From: Actinomycetota bacterium
GTDB lineage: Bacteria; Actinomycetota; Acidimicrobiia; Spongiisociales; UBA4744
Direction of reading: 5' to 3'
Assembly (NCBI GenBank): GCA_013152275.1
Contig: JAADGS010000026.1
Coordinates: 1 to 64,000 of the forward strand
Length of the DNA stretch: 64,000 nucleotides
Of this stretch, positions 1 through 9,296 are shown in pieces (within the stretch, counting starts at the first letter, position 1; each line of letters opens with the position of its first letter). Position numbers and translations under genes: made by a program. The notes beneath the pieces are model-generated. The model ran no database searches, was not told the origin of the DNA, and was given only the letters and a program-made list of their open reading frames with translations.

Positions 1-76
1 GGGGTCGCCACGACCCCCCTGAGCCCTGGGTTCAAAGGAGGCGAGGCGTGAAGGCGCCGTGAGCGATCCGGGCGGG

Positions 77-316
77 CTACGCGAGATACTCTGTGATGCG
101 GTCCTGAGCCACTTCCATGACCTGAGCGGCGAGCGATCCGAGCGCTCGCGCGATGGCCAGTTCTTCGCCCACGAGAGGTATCAGGGGGTCGCCGGGGTTG
201 CGTCGGGCCTTGCCGTAGGACTCGAAGCGATCTCCTTGGAGATCCAGGCGCGCGTGCACAGTGGTTTCGGTCCCATCTTCCTCGACGTGGAGGTTCACGT
301 GAAAACTTCTTCTCAT
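77..316 (-). CDS. DUF1876 / dsRBD-fold protein (Rv2632c-like)
   Basis: Motif GKARRNPGDPLIPLVGEELAIARAL is typical of the family. Start placed at ATG 316. Confidence 0.85.
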   Translation of the reverse strand: MRRSFHVNLHVEEDGTETTVHARLDLQGDRFESYGKARRNPGDPLIPLVGEELAIARALGSLAAQVMEVAQDRITEYLA

Positions 317-689
317 CAGGGGACCCCTTTCACGAGCATCGTGCCTCAACGCTCTCGTTGATGGAAGGGGGCGGAAGACCCTACGAGGTGGGCCGACCGG
401 ACTTTTGGAGAAGGGGGGAGCACTTCGCGTCCCAAGAGGGAGATGGGCGCCGGTTGGTCGGTCGAGGTGATCTGGATCGTGACCACGTCGGCGGCGAGAT
501 TCGTTGCGAGAGGCGGGGGGGCATCGACACTACCCTCCACGGAGGCGGCGACCATGTGGCGACCCGGGATCTCATCCCGGGGAAGCTCGTCGGAGGAGGG
601 GATCGCCCGGACCATCTCGTCTCCCGGTTGAATCGCGGGGCTTCGCCCGAGAGGGGCGACAGTTCGATCCGTAGGGGCGGTCGGAGTGC

Positions 690-804
690 CGTGGTCGACG
701 TGATGGTGCGACTCGGTGCGATGGCTGAGGCGCATCCTGAGCTCATCGAAGTGGAGATCAACCTCCTCTCTGCGCGTGCCGGCGGTGCGGTCGCGCTCGG
801 CTGA
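690..804 (+). pseudogene. Possible remnant of the C-terminal ATP-grasp end of an ADP-forming acyl-CoA synthetase
   Basis: AVVDVMVRLGAMAEAHPELIEVEINLLSARAGGAVALG resembles the conserved 'L.RL..L....PEI.E.DINPL.....GAVALD' tail. No intact upstream gene. Confidence 0.3.
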
Positions 805-865
805 CGCGTGTATGTTGGTGGCGGCGAGGCATGAGCGTGCGAGAATACGACCTTTGAGGAAGAGC

Positions 866-2863
866 GTGACCGACCGAAACCAACACAAGACCCGACGACC
901 GTCCGGCTCGGACGACTCTCAGAACCTAGGGAAGCCTCCCGGTCCCGGCGGTTTGCCGGAGCGGCCGAAACTCTCTCCGTTGTGGTGGTTCATTCTCATT
1001 GGATTGCTCATTTGGAACGTGTTCTCGATTCTGGGTTCGGCCCCCAAGAAGGCGCCCCTCCCTTACACGGAGTTCCTTCGTCAGGTACGTGCCGACAACG
1101 TCGATCAGGTTCAGATCAAAGGCGATGCGATCATCGGCAAGCTGGTCCGTCCGATCAGTCTCGCCGCGGTGGAGGCGGCATCGGGTGTCACGACAACCAC
1201 GGCCGCCAGTGGCAAGTCGACGACAACCACGACCAAAGTGGTCGAGTTCACCGAGTTCAAGACCACGTTTCCACAGAGCGTCGGCGACCCCAGACTGTTA
1301 CCGCTCCTGGACGAGCATGGGGTCATCGTCAATGTTGAGCCGGCGACCACGACCTGGACGGCGCTCCTGATCAACGTTCTCCCGCTGGCCCTCTTGGTCG
1401 GCGTCCTGTGGTGGATGGGCAAGCAGACCATGCAGAGACAGTCCGGAATGCTTGGTTTCGGGAAGAGCAAGGCACGTGAATACACCACGGAACGACCGGA
1501 CGTGTCTTTTGCCGATGTTGCCGGGGCAGAGGAAGCGAAAGCCGAGCTGGAGCAGGTGATCGGGTTCCTCAAGGATCCGGAGAAGTTCCATCGGATCGGA
1601 GCGCACCTCCCGCGCGGTTTCCTGCTCGTCGGACCCCCGGGAACAGGCAAGACACTGCTGGCAAAGGCCGTGGCCGGGGAAGCCTCGGTGCCATTCCTGA
1701 ATATCAGCGCGTCCGAATTCGTCGAGATGTTCGTAGGCGTGGGTGCCAGTCGGGTGCGTGACCTCTTCCAAAAGGCAAAGGATATTGCACCGGCGATCAT
1801 CTTCATCGACGAATTGGATGCCGTGGCACGCCGCCGAGGTGCGGGGTTGGGGACCGTGAACGATGAACGCGAACAGACCCTCAACCAACTTCTCACAGAG
1901 ATGGACGGATTCGACGAACGGCAGAGCGTAATCGTGCTTGCTGCCACCAACCGGCCCGATGTGCTGGATCCCGCACTCTTGCGGCCGGGCAGGTTCGATC
2001 GGCAGATCGTCGTTCCCTTACCGAATCTGGAAGGCCGCCAAGGTATCTTGGAGATTCACACCAAGAAGCTTCAACTGTCTCCGGACGTAGATCTGGCCAA
2101 GCTGGCCCGGCGGACCATCGGCTTGAGCGGTGCGGACCTCGCCAATATCGCGAATGAGGCGGCATTGATTGCGGCCGAGGCCGGGGCGAAGACGGTGGGG
2201 GAGAAGGATTTCGATGCGGCGGTCGACAAGGTCACGCTCGGCGCGGAACGGCATATGCCGATGAGCGAGCACGACAGGAAACTGGTGGCCTATCACGAGT
2301 CCGGTCACACGCTCGTCGCCTGGTACTCGAAGCTGGCAGATCCGGTGGACAAAGTGACGATCGTTCCGCACGGATTGGCGCTCGGCGTGACGGAACAGCT
2401 TCCCGCCGAGGAGCGTGTCAACTACACCAAGGGGTACCTTTTGACGAAAGTGGCCGTCATGCTCGGAGGTCGCACGTCCGAAGAGCTGATATTCGAGGAT
2501 TTCACGACCGGGGCCGAGTCCGACATCGTCGAGGCCACGAAGCTGGCACGCAGGATGGTGACGAAGTGGGGTATGGGAAGCTTCGGTCCACTCTCGCTCG
2601 ATGGTGACGAGGATCAGCCGTTCCTCGGCTACGAGTTGGCCCAGGGCCGCAACGTGAGCGAGGAGACGCAGGCGCAGATCGACAGGGATATTCGGGGGAT
2701 CATCGAAAAGCAGCACAAGGCCGCCCGTTCGGTGCTCGAACGGCATCGGGAGGTTCTCGATCGTCTCGTCGGTGCCCTCATCGACCATGAGACCGTTGAA
2801 GATGGGGAGCTTCGGGAGATCCTTGGGCCACCCGCGTCCGAGACCATGACGTCCCAAGGATGA
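866..2863 (+). CDS. ftsH: ATP-dependent zinc metalloprotease FtsH
   Basis: Two TM segments, Walker A GPPGTGKT, Walker [30 protein letters not shown] and HESGH zinc motif. Start placed at GTG 866 after GAGGA. Confidence 0.96.
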   Translation: MTDRNQHKTRRPSGSDDSQNLGKPPGPGGLPERPKLSPLWWFILIGLLIWNVFSILGSAPKKAPLPYTEFLRQVRADNVDQVQIKGDAIIGKLVRPISLAAVEAASGVTTTTAASGKSTTTTTKVVEFTEFKTTFPQSVGDPRLLPLLDEHGVIVNVEPATTTWTALLINVLPLALLVGVLWWMGKQTMQRQSGMLGFGKSKAREYTTERPDVSFADVAGAEEAKAELEQVIGFLKDPEKFHRIGAHLPRGFLLVGPPGTGKTLLAKAVAGEASVPFLNISASEFVEMFVGVGASRVRDLFQKAKDIAPAIIFIDELDAVARRRGAGLGTVNDEREQTLNQLLTEMDGFDERQSVIVLAATNRPDVLDPALLRPGRFDRQIVVPLPNLEGRQGILEIHTKKLQLSPDVDLAKLARRTIGLSGADLANIANEAALIAAEAGAKTVGEKDFDAAVDKVTLGAERHMPMSEHDRKLVAYHESGHTLVAWYSKLADPVDKVTIVPHGLALGVTEQLPAEERVNYTKGYLLTKVAVMLGGRTSEELIFEDFTTGAESDIVEATKLARRMVTKWGMGSFGPLSLDGDEDQPFLGYELAQGRNVSEETQAQIDRDIRGIIEKQHKAARSVLERHREVLDRLVGALIDHETVEDGELREILGPPASETMTSQG

Positions 2864-2897
2864 GAGTCACACGGTACATCGATCGGCGGTAGGACGA

Positions 2898-3860
2898 TCA
2901 GGGTGTCGAGGGTCGTTTCCGGACTTCGATCGGCTCGTCCTCCGGGGCCAGGTCGGCAGCCGCTTCGACGACCTCGTCCATTTGTGGAAGGGCGAGGCCT
3001 GGTCGCGATACCGAGAGAGCACTCGCAACGTTGGCGAACCGGGCGGCTTCTCGCCAGCCACCCCCTGTTGCACGGTACATCGCAAGCGCCGCGATGAATA
3101 CGTCACCGGCGCCTGTCTCATCGGTGGGTTTCACCGAAAGCGTCGGGATGCGCATCAGTTCGTCCTTGTGGCCGAAGAGCACGCCGGCGTGGCCGAGTTT
3201 GAGGAATACGTTCTTCGCTCCAGCATCGAGGAGATCGCGCACGGCGAGCACCGGGCTGAGGAGCGACGTGGACGTGCGGCCGGCGAGTGACGTTCCTTCC
3301 TGGAGGTCTGGCGTAATGGCCTCCGCTGTGAGCAGGGCGGCCCTCGTGACATTCTCCGGTGGTGCAGGATCGAGGAACAGCTGGACGTTTTGCCCGGCAG
3401 CCCATGTCGTGAGACGAGCGAGCACGTCGGTCGGGACCTCTGCCTGCACCAGGATCACGTCGCACGATGCGAGCGCGGGGAGCGCAGCTTGCACATCGGA
3501 CCATGTGAGGTACTCGTTGGCACCAGGTACGTAGATCAGTGATTGATGATGGCCGTCGGTGAGGCGGATCGCAACGAAGCCGGTGCGGGCACCCTTCGTG
3601 GTGAGAACGTGCTCGGCGTCGACACCGTCTGCGACGACGGACTCTCGGCAGTCGCTTCCGAATTCGTCATCTCCGACTCGACCGACGAGGAGCACCTCCG
3701 CGCCGAGCACCGCGGCGGCGCGAGCCTGGTTGGCACCCTTTCCACCTGGCTGGGCCAGGTAGCGGCCTGCCTGGACCGCGGCTTGGCTGCCGCTCTCTCG
3801 GACGTCGAATAGGTGGATGTCCATGTTGAGACCGCCGACGACACCGATCCGAACGCTCAT
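2898..3860 (-). CDS. Ribokinase / PfkB-family carbohydrate kinase
   Basis: PGGKGANQA and DETGAGD signatures. ATG 3860 follows a purine-rich RBS. Confidence 0.9.
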   Translation of the reverse strand: MSVRIGVVGGLNMDIHLFDVRESGSQAAVQAGRYLAQPGGKGANQARAAAVLGAEVLLVGRVGDDEFGSDCRESVVADGVDAEHVLTTKGARTGFVAIRLTDGHHQSLIYVPGANEYLTWSDVQAALPALASCDVILVQAEVPTDVLARLTTWAAGQNVQLFLDPAPPENVTRAALLTAEAITPDLQEGTSLAGRTSTSLLSPVLAVRDLLDAGAKNVFLKLGHAGVLFGHKDELMRIPTLSVKPTDETGAGDVFIAALAMYRATGGGWREAARFANVASALSVSRPGLALPQMDEVVEAAADLAPEDEPIEVRKRPSTP

Positions 3861-3943
3861 GCCTCTCTCCTTTGCGATGTGCATCATGTTACGCGCACGG
3901 GCTTCGCGGTAGTATTTCCGGGTTGTCGCGAGAAGGAGTCGCG

Positions 3944-5197
3944 GTGGACTCGAAAGAGGCCACGAAGGCGATCATCGGCATCTTGTCGGACCGGTCGGAG
4001 CACCCGCCGGCGTTTCAGCTGTGGGATGGTGAGCGTATCGGGCCATCCGACGCTCCCGCCACGGTGGTACTCCGACATCCCGGGGCGCTTCGGGCACTGC
4101 TGATACCCCTGAGCGACCTGACCGCCGGAGAGGCGTACGTGTACGACGATGTCGATATCGAAGGCGACATCTTCGCGGTGTTGAACTTCGGCTTTGAGCT
4201 CGTGGAGGGCACCGGCGACAAAGGGATGGCGCTGTCGATCCTTCGTCTTGCACGCAAATTGCCAAGACAGAACCGGCGTACGAAGGTCTATCGGCCGAGG
4301 AAACAAGGTCGTCTGCATTCGATCCGGCGAGATCGCGAGGACATCCGATACCACTACGACGTCGGCAACGACTTCTACCAGCAGTTTCTCGATCCCCTGA
4401 TGGTCTACTCGAGCGCTGCGTTTCTCGACGCTTCCGAACCGCTCGAGGTGGCACAGCGACGGAAGCTGGACGTCATCTGTCGCAAACTCCAGCTTCAGCC
4501 AGGTCAGCGTCTCCTCGATGTCGGCTGCGGGTGGGGAGCACTCGTGACACACGCAGTCCGCAACTACGGCGTTGAAGCGGTCGGGATCACCCTTTCGTCC
4601 CGGCAGGCGGCATGGGCTCGCGACATCGCCGATCGTCAGGGCCTGAGCGAGCGAATCACGATCCTCGAGCGCGACTACCGGGAGATCGAAGGAGCGTATG
4701 ACGCCATCGCCTCCGTCGGCATGTTCGAACACGTCGGCCGCGTCAAGATGCGGGCCTATTTCGAGCGGTTGCGAAGCCTGCTCACCCCGGGTGGCGTTCT
4801 CCTCAACCACGGCATCGGAACCCGTGACCGTGACCGCGGCCGGATGAAACCGACGTTTGTCTCCACGTACGTCTTCCCAGATGGGGAGCTGCTACCGATC
4901 GAAGAGGTCATTGGTGTTGCCGAACGAGTCGGCTTTGAGTTGCGAGACCTCGAGTCGTTGCGCACCAGCTACGCACTCACGCTGCGTCAATGGGTGACGA
5001 ATCTGGAGCGAAACCGGGTCCATGCCGTCGCCGCCGCCGAGGAGCGCGTCTACCGGATCTGGAGGGCATTCATGGCAGGATCCGCCCTTTCGTTCGAGAA
5101 GGCGAGGATCAGCGTCTACCAGCTTCTGCTGGCGGACCCGGGCCGACCGTGGACCTACGGGAGAGCGTGGATGACGGCCGCGGACGATGAGGGTTGA
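3944..5197 (+). CDS. cfa: Cyclopropane-fatty-acyl-phospholipid synthase family SAM methyltransferase
   Basis: HYDVGNDFY, LLDVGCGWG, SVGMFEHVG and YVFPDGEL motifs. GTG 3944 follows AAGGAG. Confidence 0.9.
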   Translation: MDSKEATKAIIGILSDRSEHPPAFQLWDGERIGPSDAPATVVLRHPGALRALLIPLSDLTAGEAYVYDDVDIEGDIFAVLNFGFELVEGTGDKGMALSILRLARKLPRQNRRTKVYRPRKQGRLHSIRRDREDIRYHYDVGNDFYQQFLDPLMVYSSAAFLDASEPLEVAQRRKLDVICRKLQLQPGQRLLDVGCGWGALVTHAVRNYGVEAVGITLSSRQAAWARDIADRQGLSERITILERDYREIEGAYDAIASVGMFEHVGRVKMRAYFERLRSLLTPGGVLLNHGIGTRDRDRGRMKPTFVSTYVFPDGELLPIEEVIGVAERVGFELRDLESLRTSYALTLRQWVTNLERNRVHAVAAAEERVYRIWRAFMAGSALSFEKARISVYQLLLADPGRPWTYGRAWMTAADDEG

Positions 5198-5255
5198 GGA
5201 AGCCGCTCTCTGAGCGCAGATAGGGCTCAGGTTCGTCGCGGAATCGGAGGATGGC

Positions 5256-5972
5256 ATGGAAGTTGCGCCGGGAGTTCACCGTCTCGGGACCAGTTTCGTC
5301 AACTTCTACGTCATCGAGGATGGGGGGAGGCTCACGGTGGTCGATGCCGGGTTGCCCGGGTACCGGCGTTTCCTCATGGAGTTCCTCGACTCGTCGGGAA
5401 AGAAGCCGGGCGACATCGAGGCCGTGGTCCTGACACACGCTCATGTGGATCACATCGGATTCTCGGAACATCTGCGCTCCAATCAACACACTCGGGTGCT
5501 TGTACATGAGGATGATGTCGCCCTTGCCACGGGTCGGGAAAAGGCTCGTATCCCCTTGGGTCCGATCTGGCGGCCGATGCTTTTGCGTTACCTTGCACAT
5601 GGGCTCGCGTACAAGGGATTCTCCTTTCCGACGGTGCTGGAAGTGGCTGCGTTCGATGATGGCGAGGTCCTCGATCTTCCCGGCAGGCTTCAGGTGATCC
5701 ATGCACCGGGGCACACGAAGGGGAGTTGTGTGTTGCGGTTCGGAAACGTGCTGCTTGCCGGCGATGTCCTGGCGACCGTCGACATCACGACCGGAGAGGT
5801 CGGCCCGAGAATCGGCCCGAGCTTCGTGAATGTCGACAGCGAACAGGCACTGCGATCCCTGGATCGTCTCGTGGGGCTGGATTTCGACACGGTGCTTGTA
5901 GGACACGGCGATCCGTGGACGGATGGGATCGACGAAGCAGTCCGGCAGGCCCGTCAAGTGGGCATTTGGTGA
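5256..5972 (+). CDS. MBL-fold metallo-hydrolase
   Basis: THAHVDH, PGHT, GD and GHG motifs. Confidence 0.92.
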   Translation: MEVAPGVHRLGTSFVNFYVIEDGGRLTVVDAGLPGYRRFLMEFLDSSGKKPGDIEAVVLTHAHVDHIGFSEHLRSNQHTRVLVHEDDVALATGREKARIPLGPIWRPMLLRYLAHGLAYKGFSFPTVLEVAAFDDGEVLDLPGRLQVIHAPGHTKGSCVLRFGNVLLAGDVLATVDITTGEVGPRIGPSFVNVDSEQALRSLDRLVGLDFDTVLVGHGDPWTDGIDEAVRQARQVGIW

Positions 5973-5975
5973 CCC

Positions 5976-7214
5976 TCAGGTGCTCTTGACGAGTGATCCG
6001 CCCTTCCACACCTTGATGATGTTCGTCGGGTCCGCAAGGACGGCGATGTCGTCGAGCGGATTGGAGGAAACAGCGATGATGTCGGCGTCGAAGCCTGCCG
6101 TGAGCAGACCCGAGTTCGGTGCCTGTGGTCCGAGCGTCGCGGGACCGTTGGCGGTGGCGACCTCGATGATTTCAGCGGGTGAGAGGCCTGCTCGCTCGAG
6201 GTGAATGACTTCCTCGCCGTTTGCGCCCCAGGGCACGGCAGAGTCCATGCCGCTCGTCACGATGTCGGTACCGAGCGCGATTCTGACTCCTGTCTCGTGC
6301 GCCAGCGAGATGGCCTGCATATGGCGGTCTGCGATCTCGACGAGTTTTCGATAAGCGTATTCGGGCATGCCGGAGTTGCTGCCTCCGGCGAGGAGACGCT
6401 CCACGATGAAGCGGGTTGGTACCAGGATCGCACCCTGCTCCTTCATCTGTGCAGCGGTCTCCTCGTCGAGATAGGTGCCGTGTTCGATCGTCGAGACGCC
6501 GGCATCGAGGGCGGCCTTGATCCCAGGTGTTCCGTGGCAGTGAGCCATAACGACCCGTTCGGCTCGTGCCGCCTCCTCGACGATGGCGCGCAGCTCTTGT
6601 GCGCTGAACTGCTGGTGGATGGGATGGTCGATCTCACTCATGACGCCACCGGACGCGCAGACCTTGATCACCCGCGCGTTGCGGCGAAGTTGCTTGCGGG
6701 TCGCCTTCAGGCACTCTGCGACGCCATCGCAGATGCTGAGCCAGCCGCCGGAGGCTTCATAGTCGAGCATCCAGTCCAGCGGGTAGGAGTGCAGGTCGCC
6801 GTGGCCTCCCGTGGTGCTGAGAATCGATCCGGCAGCGTAGATGTTCGGCCCGACAAAGGTACCTTCGGCGATCGCTCGGGCCAGGTACACCCCGAGGCCA
6901 CCCGCCTCGCGCAGGGACGTGAATCCCGCGTTGAGAGCAGCCTCGGCGTCTCTGGCGGAGCGCACACCGGCGAGGGCGTGGGGGATTCGTAGAGCCTCGT
7001 CGATGTTGGGCGTGGTGAGACCCGTGAAGTGTGTGTGACAGTCCCACATGCCGGGCATCACTACGGGCACCTTCGTGACCGTGGCCGACGATGGTGTCGG
7101 TGCCGCTTCGACGGGCCCTGCATAGGTGATCGTGCCGCCTCCGATGATCACACAACCGTCGTCGATGGGCGTTCCCCGCCCGGGAATCAGGACATCGGCC
7201 TCGATACGCTGCAT
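5976..7214 (-). CDS. Amidohydrolase family protein (Xaa-Pro dipeptidase-like)
   Basis: PGMWDCHTH, AHCHG, TIEHG, GTD and DADIIAV motifs. Confidence 0.92.
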   Translation of the reverse strand: MQRIEADVLIPGRGTPIDDGCVIIGGGTITYAGPVEAAPTPSSATVTKVPVVMPGMWDCHTHFTGLTTPNIDEALRIPHALAGVRSARDAEAALNAGFTSLREAGGLGVYLARAIAEGTFVGPNIYAAGSILSTTGGHGDLHSYPLDWMLDYEASGGWLSICDGVAECLKATRKQLRRNARVIKVCASGGVMSEIDHPIHQQFSAQELRAIVEEAARAERVVMAHCHGTPGIKAALDAGVSTIEHGTYLDEETAAQMKEQGAILVPTRFIVERLLAGGSNSGMPEYAYRKLVEIADRHMQAISLAHETGVRIALGTDIVTSGMDSAVPWGANGEEVIHLERAGLSPAEIIEVATANGPATLGPQAPNSGLLTAGFDADIIAVSSNPLDDIAVLADPTNIIKVWKGGSLVKST

Positions 7215-7394
7215 TGGTCACCTCTTTCTTTGACCGCAAGTTACCTACCTGTCGCGACGGCTGCCGGCCGCCGGCAGGAGTTACGACCCTCGCCCCTCGG
7301 TCTCGAGGCCGGGTAGGCGCGGTACGAGATATACGAAACACGAGCTACCGGGTACCGGGCACGGTGAGCGAGGCGAGCCTCCTAAGCTCACCCG

Positions 7395-8324
7395 ATGCAG
7401 ACAGGGACCTCCACGACTCGCATCGGCGCCACGATCGGTGTCGTCTGCATCTCGTTTTCGGCAATTCTCGTGCGAGCGGCACAGGTCTCGCCTTCCACGG
7501 CTGCATTTTTCCGGGCCGTCTACGCCATTCCGTTCCTTACCGCAGTGTGGTGGTGGGGACGCGGTCGTGACCACCGAGACCGGAAGTCTCGATGGATCGC
7601 TGCAATGGCCGGTCTTCTCCTTGCCCTCGATCTGACCATCTGGCACCACTCGATCGAGTTGATCGGCGCGGGTCTTGCGACGGTACTGGCGAATGCGCAG
7701 GTCGTCTTTGTCGCTCTGGCAGCCTGGTTGGTGTGGCGGGAGCGTCCTTCGATGGCCACGTTATGGATCGGTCCTGGCGTCATCGCGGGGCTGATCCTCG
7801 TGTCGGGACTCGGCCGTGATGACGCCTTCGGATCGAATCCGACGCTCGGCGTGATCCTTGGCGCTGCCACGGGGATCACGTATGCGGGGTTCCTGATCGT
7901 CTTTCGCTTGGCGACACGTCGCCACGATGCCCCGCCGGCAGGTGCGCTTCTCGACGCGACGATCGGGGCGGCCCTTGGCTCGTTGGCGTTGGGAGTGGTA
8001 TTCGGAACCATCTCATTTGTGCCGACGTGGCCTGCACACGGATGGCTGGTGCTTCTGGCAGTCGTCTCCCAGGTCGTTGGCTGGCTCTTGATCGCCGTGG
8101 CACTCCCAAGACTGCCGGCGTTGGAGACTTCGATCCTGCTGCTCATCCAGCCGGTGGCGGCGTTGCTGTGGGCCCGACTGTTCTTTGCAGAGACCATGTC
8201 GTGGATCCAGGCCACCGGGGTGGTGATGGTGATCGCAGGGGTGCTGGCGATCTCGACACGTGGTGCAACCGTTCAACGAGGCGTCGGGGACGCTGGTAGC
8301 CTGCGGCCGAGGAGGATGACATGA
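7395..8324 (+). CDS. DMT/EamA family transporter
   Basis: About 10 hydrophobic helices in two EamA-like halves. Confidence 0.88.
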   Translation: MQTGTSTTRIGATIGVVCISFSAILVRAAQVSPSTAAFFRAVYAIPFLTAVWWWGRGRDHRDRKSRWIAAMAGLLLALDLTIWHHSIELIGAGLATVLANAQVVFVALAAWLVWRERPSMATLWIGPGVIAGLILVSGLGRDDAFGSNPTLGVILGAATGITYAGFLIVFRLATRRHDAPPAGALLDATIGAALGSLALGVVFGTISFVPTWPAHGWLVLLAVVSQVVGWLLIAVALPRLPALETSILLLIQPVAALLWARLFFAETMSWIQATGVVMVIAGVLAISTRGATVQRGVGDAGSLRPRRMT

Positions 8325-9100
8325 GACTCGAGGTCATCACGCATCAACCCAAGACAGACCGTAAGCCGATACCGCTGCTGTTCGTTCACGGAGCATGGCA
8401 TGGCGCATGGTGCTGGAACGAGCACTTTCTTCCCTATTTCGCAGAACACGGGTACGAAGTCCACGCGCCGAGCCTTCGGGGTCATGGGAAGAGTGAAATC
8501 GACGGGAGTCTGCGCTTTGCTCGGGTGCGTGACTACGTGGCCGATGTCGCGTCCGTGGTCGACGGCTTGAGCGCTCCTCCGGTGCTCATCGGTCACTCGA
8601 TGGGTGGCCTCGTCGTGCAGATGTATCTCGAGGACCATTCGGCTGCCGGGGGAGTGCTCCTGGCTTCCGACCCGGTCCGCGGTGTCTTCGGCACGACGCT
8701 GCGTATCGCCAAACGCCATCCGGTAGCGTTCATGAAGGCGAACCTCACCTGGAATCTCTATCCGATCGTTGCCACCCCCGAACTTGCCCGGGATGCCTTC
8801 TTCACCGAGAGCATGTCCGATGAACAGGTGGCCACATATCATCGACAGCTTCAGGCCGAGTCCTATCTGGGCTATCTGGACATGATGTTCCGGCTGCCCA
8901 AACCCGAGAAGGTGAAGACACCGATGCTCATCATGGGAGCCGAAAAGGACGCAATCTTCACTCCGGCGGAGATCGCGGCGACCGCTGCCGCCTATGGAAC
9001 GGATCCGGTCATGGTGCCTGGCATGGGGCACGACATGATGCTCGAATCCGGCTGGCAGGACGTCGCCGATACGATTCTCCAGTGGCTGGAGGACAAATGA
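8321..9100 (+). CDS. Alpha/beta hydrolase
   Basis: HGAWHG oxyanion loop, GHSMG nucleophile, GHDMM catalytic His. ATGA overlap with the upstream gene. Confidence 0.92.
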   Translation: MRLEVITHQPKTDRKPIPLLFVHGAWHGAWCWNEHFLPYFAEHGYEVHAPSLRGHGKSEIDGSLRFARVRDYVADVASVVDGLSAPPVLIGHSMGGLVVQMYLEDHSAAGGVLLASDPVRGVFGTTLRIAKRHPVAFMKANLTWNLYPIVATPELARDAFFTESMSDEQVATYHRQLQAESYLGYLDMMFRLPKPEKVKTPMLIMGAEKDAIFTPAEIAATAAAYGTDPVMVPGMGHDMMLESGWQDVADTILQWLEDK

Positions 9101-9147
9101 GTCATAGTGGCAACTTATGGTCACTGATCTGGGGGACAGGCGAAATA

Positions 9148-9161
9148 GGGTCCTTTGTCCG
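9148..9161. promoter_or_regulatory. DevR/DosR-like box upstream of the 12-heme lipoprotein
   Basis: GGGTC-CTTT-GTCCG compared with consensus GGGAC-N4-GTCCC. Confidence 0.45.
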
Positions 9162-9296
9162 TCATTTGGCCTCTAGAAACGGATTGCCGTTGAGCGTACG
9201 GTGAAATGTGATGGGCAAGCATGTCCATTTTGATAATCAGGAGAGAAGAGAAGAGGGGTTCTGAGAGACCGCTCTGTTGTCAAGGAGTCTGCGCCC

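Noticed and set aside
380..620. Universal stress protein remnant on the minus strand
   Set aside because: Only vague resemblance (VEGSV...AADVVTI...SLLG); not enough to call.
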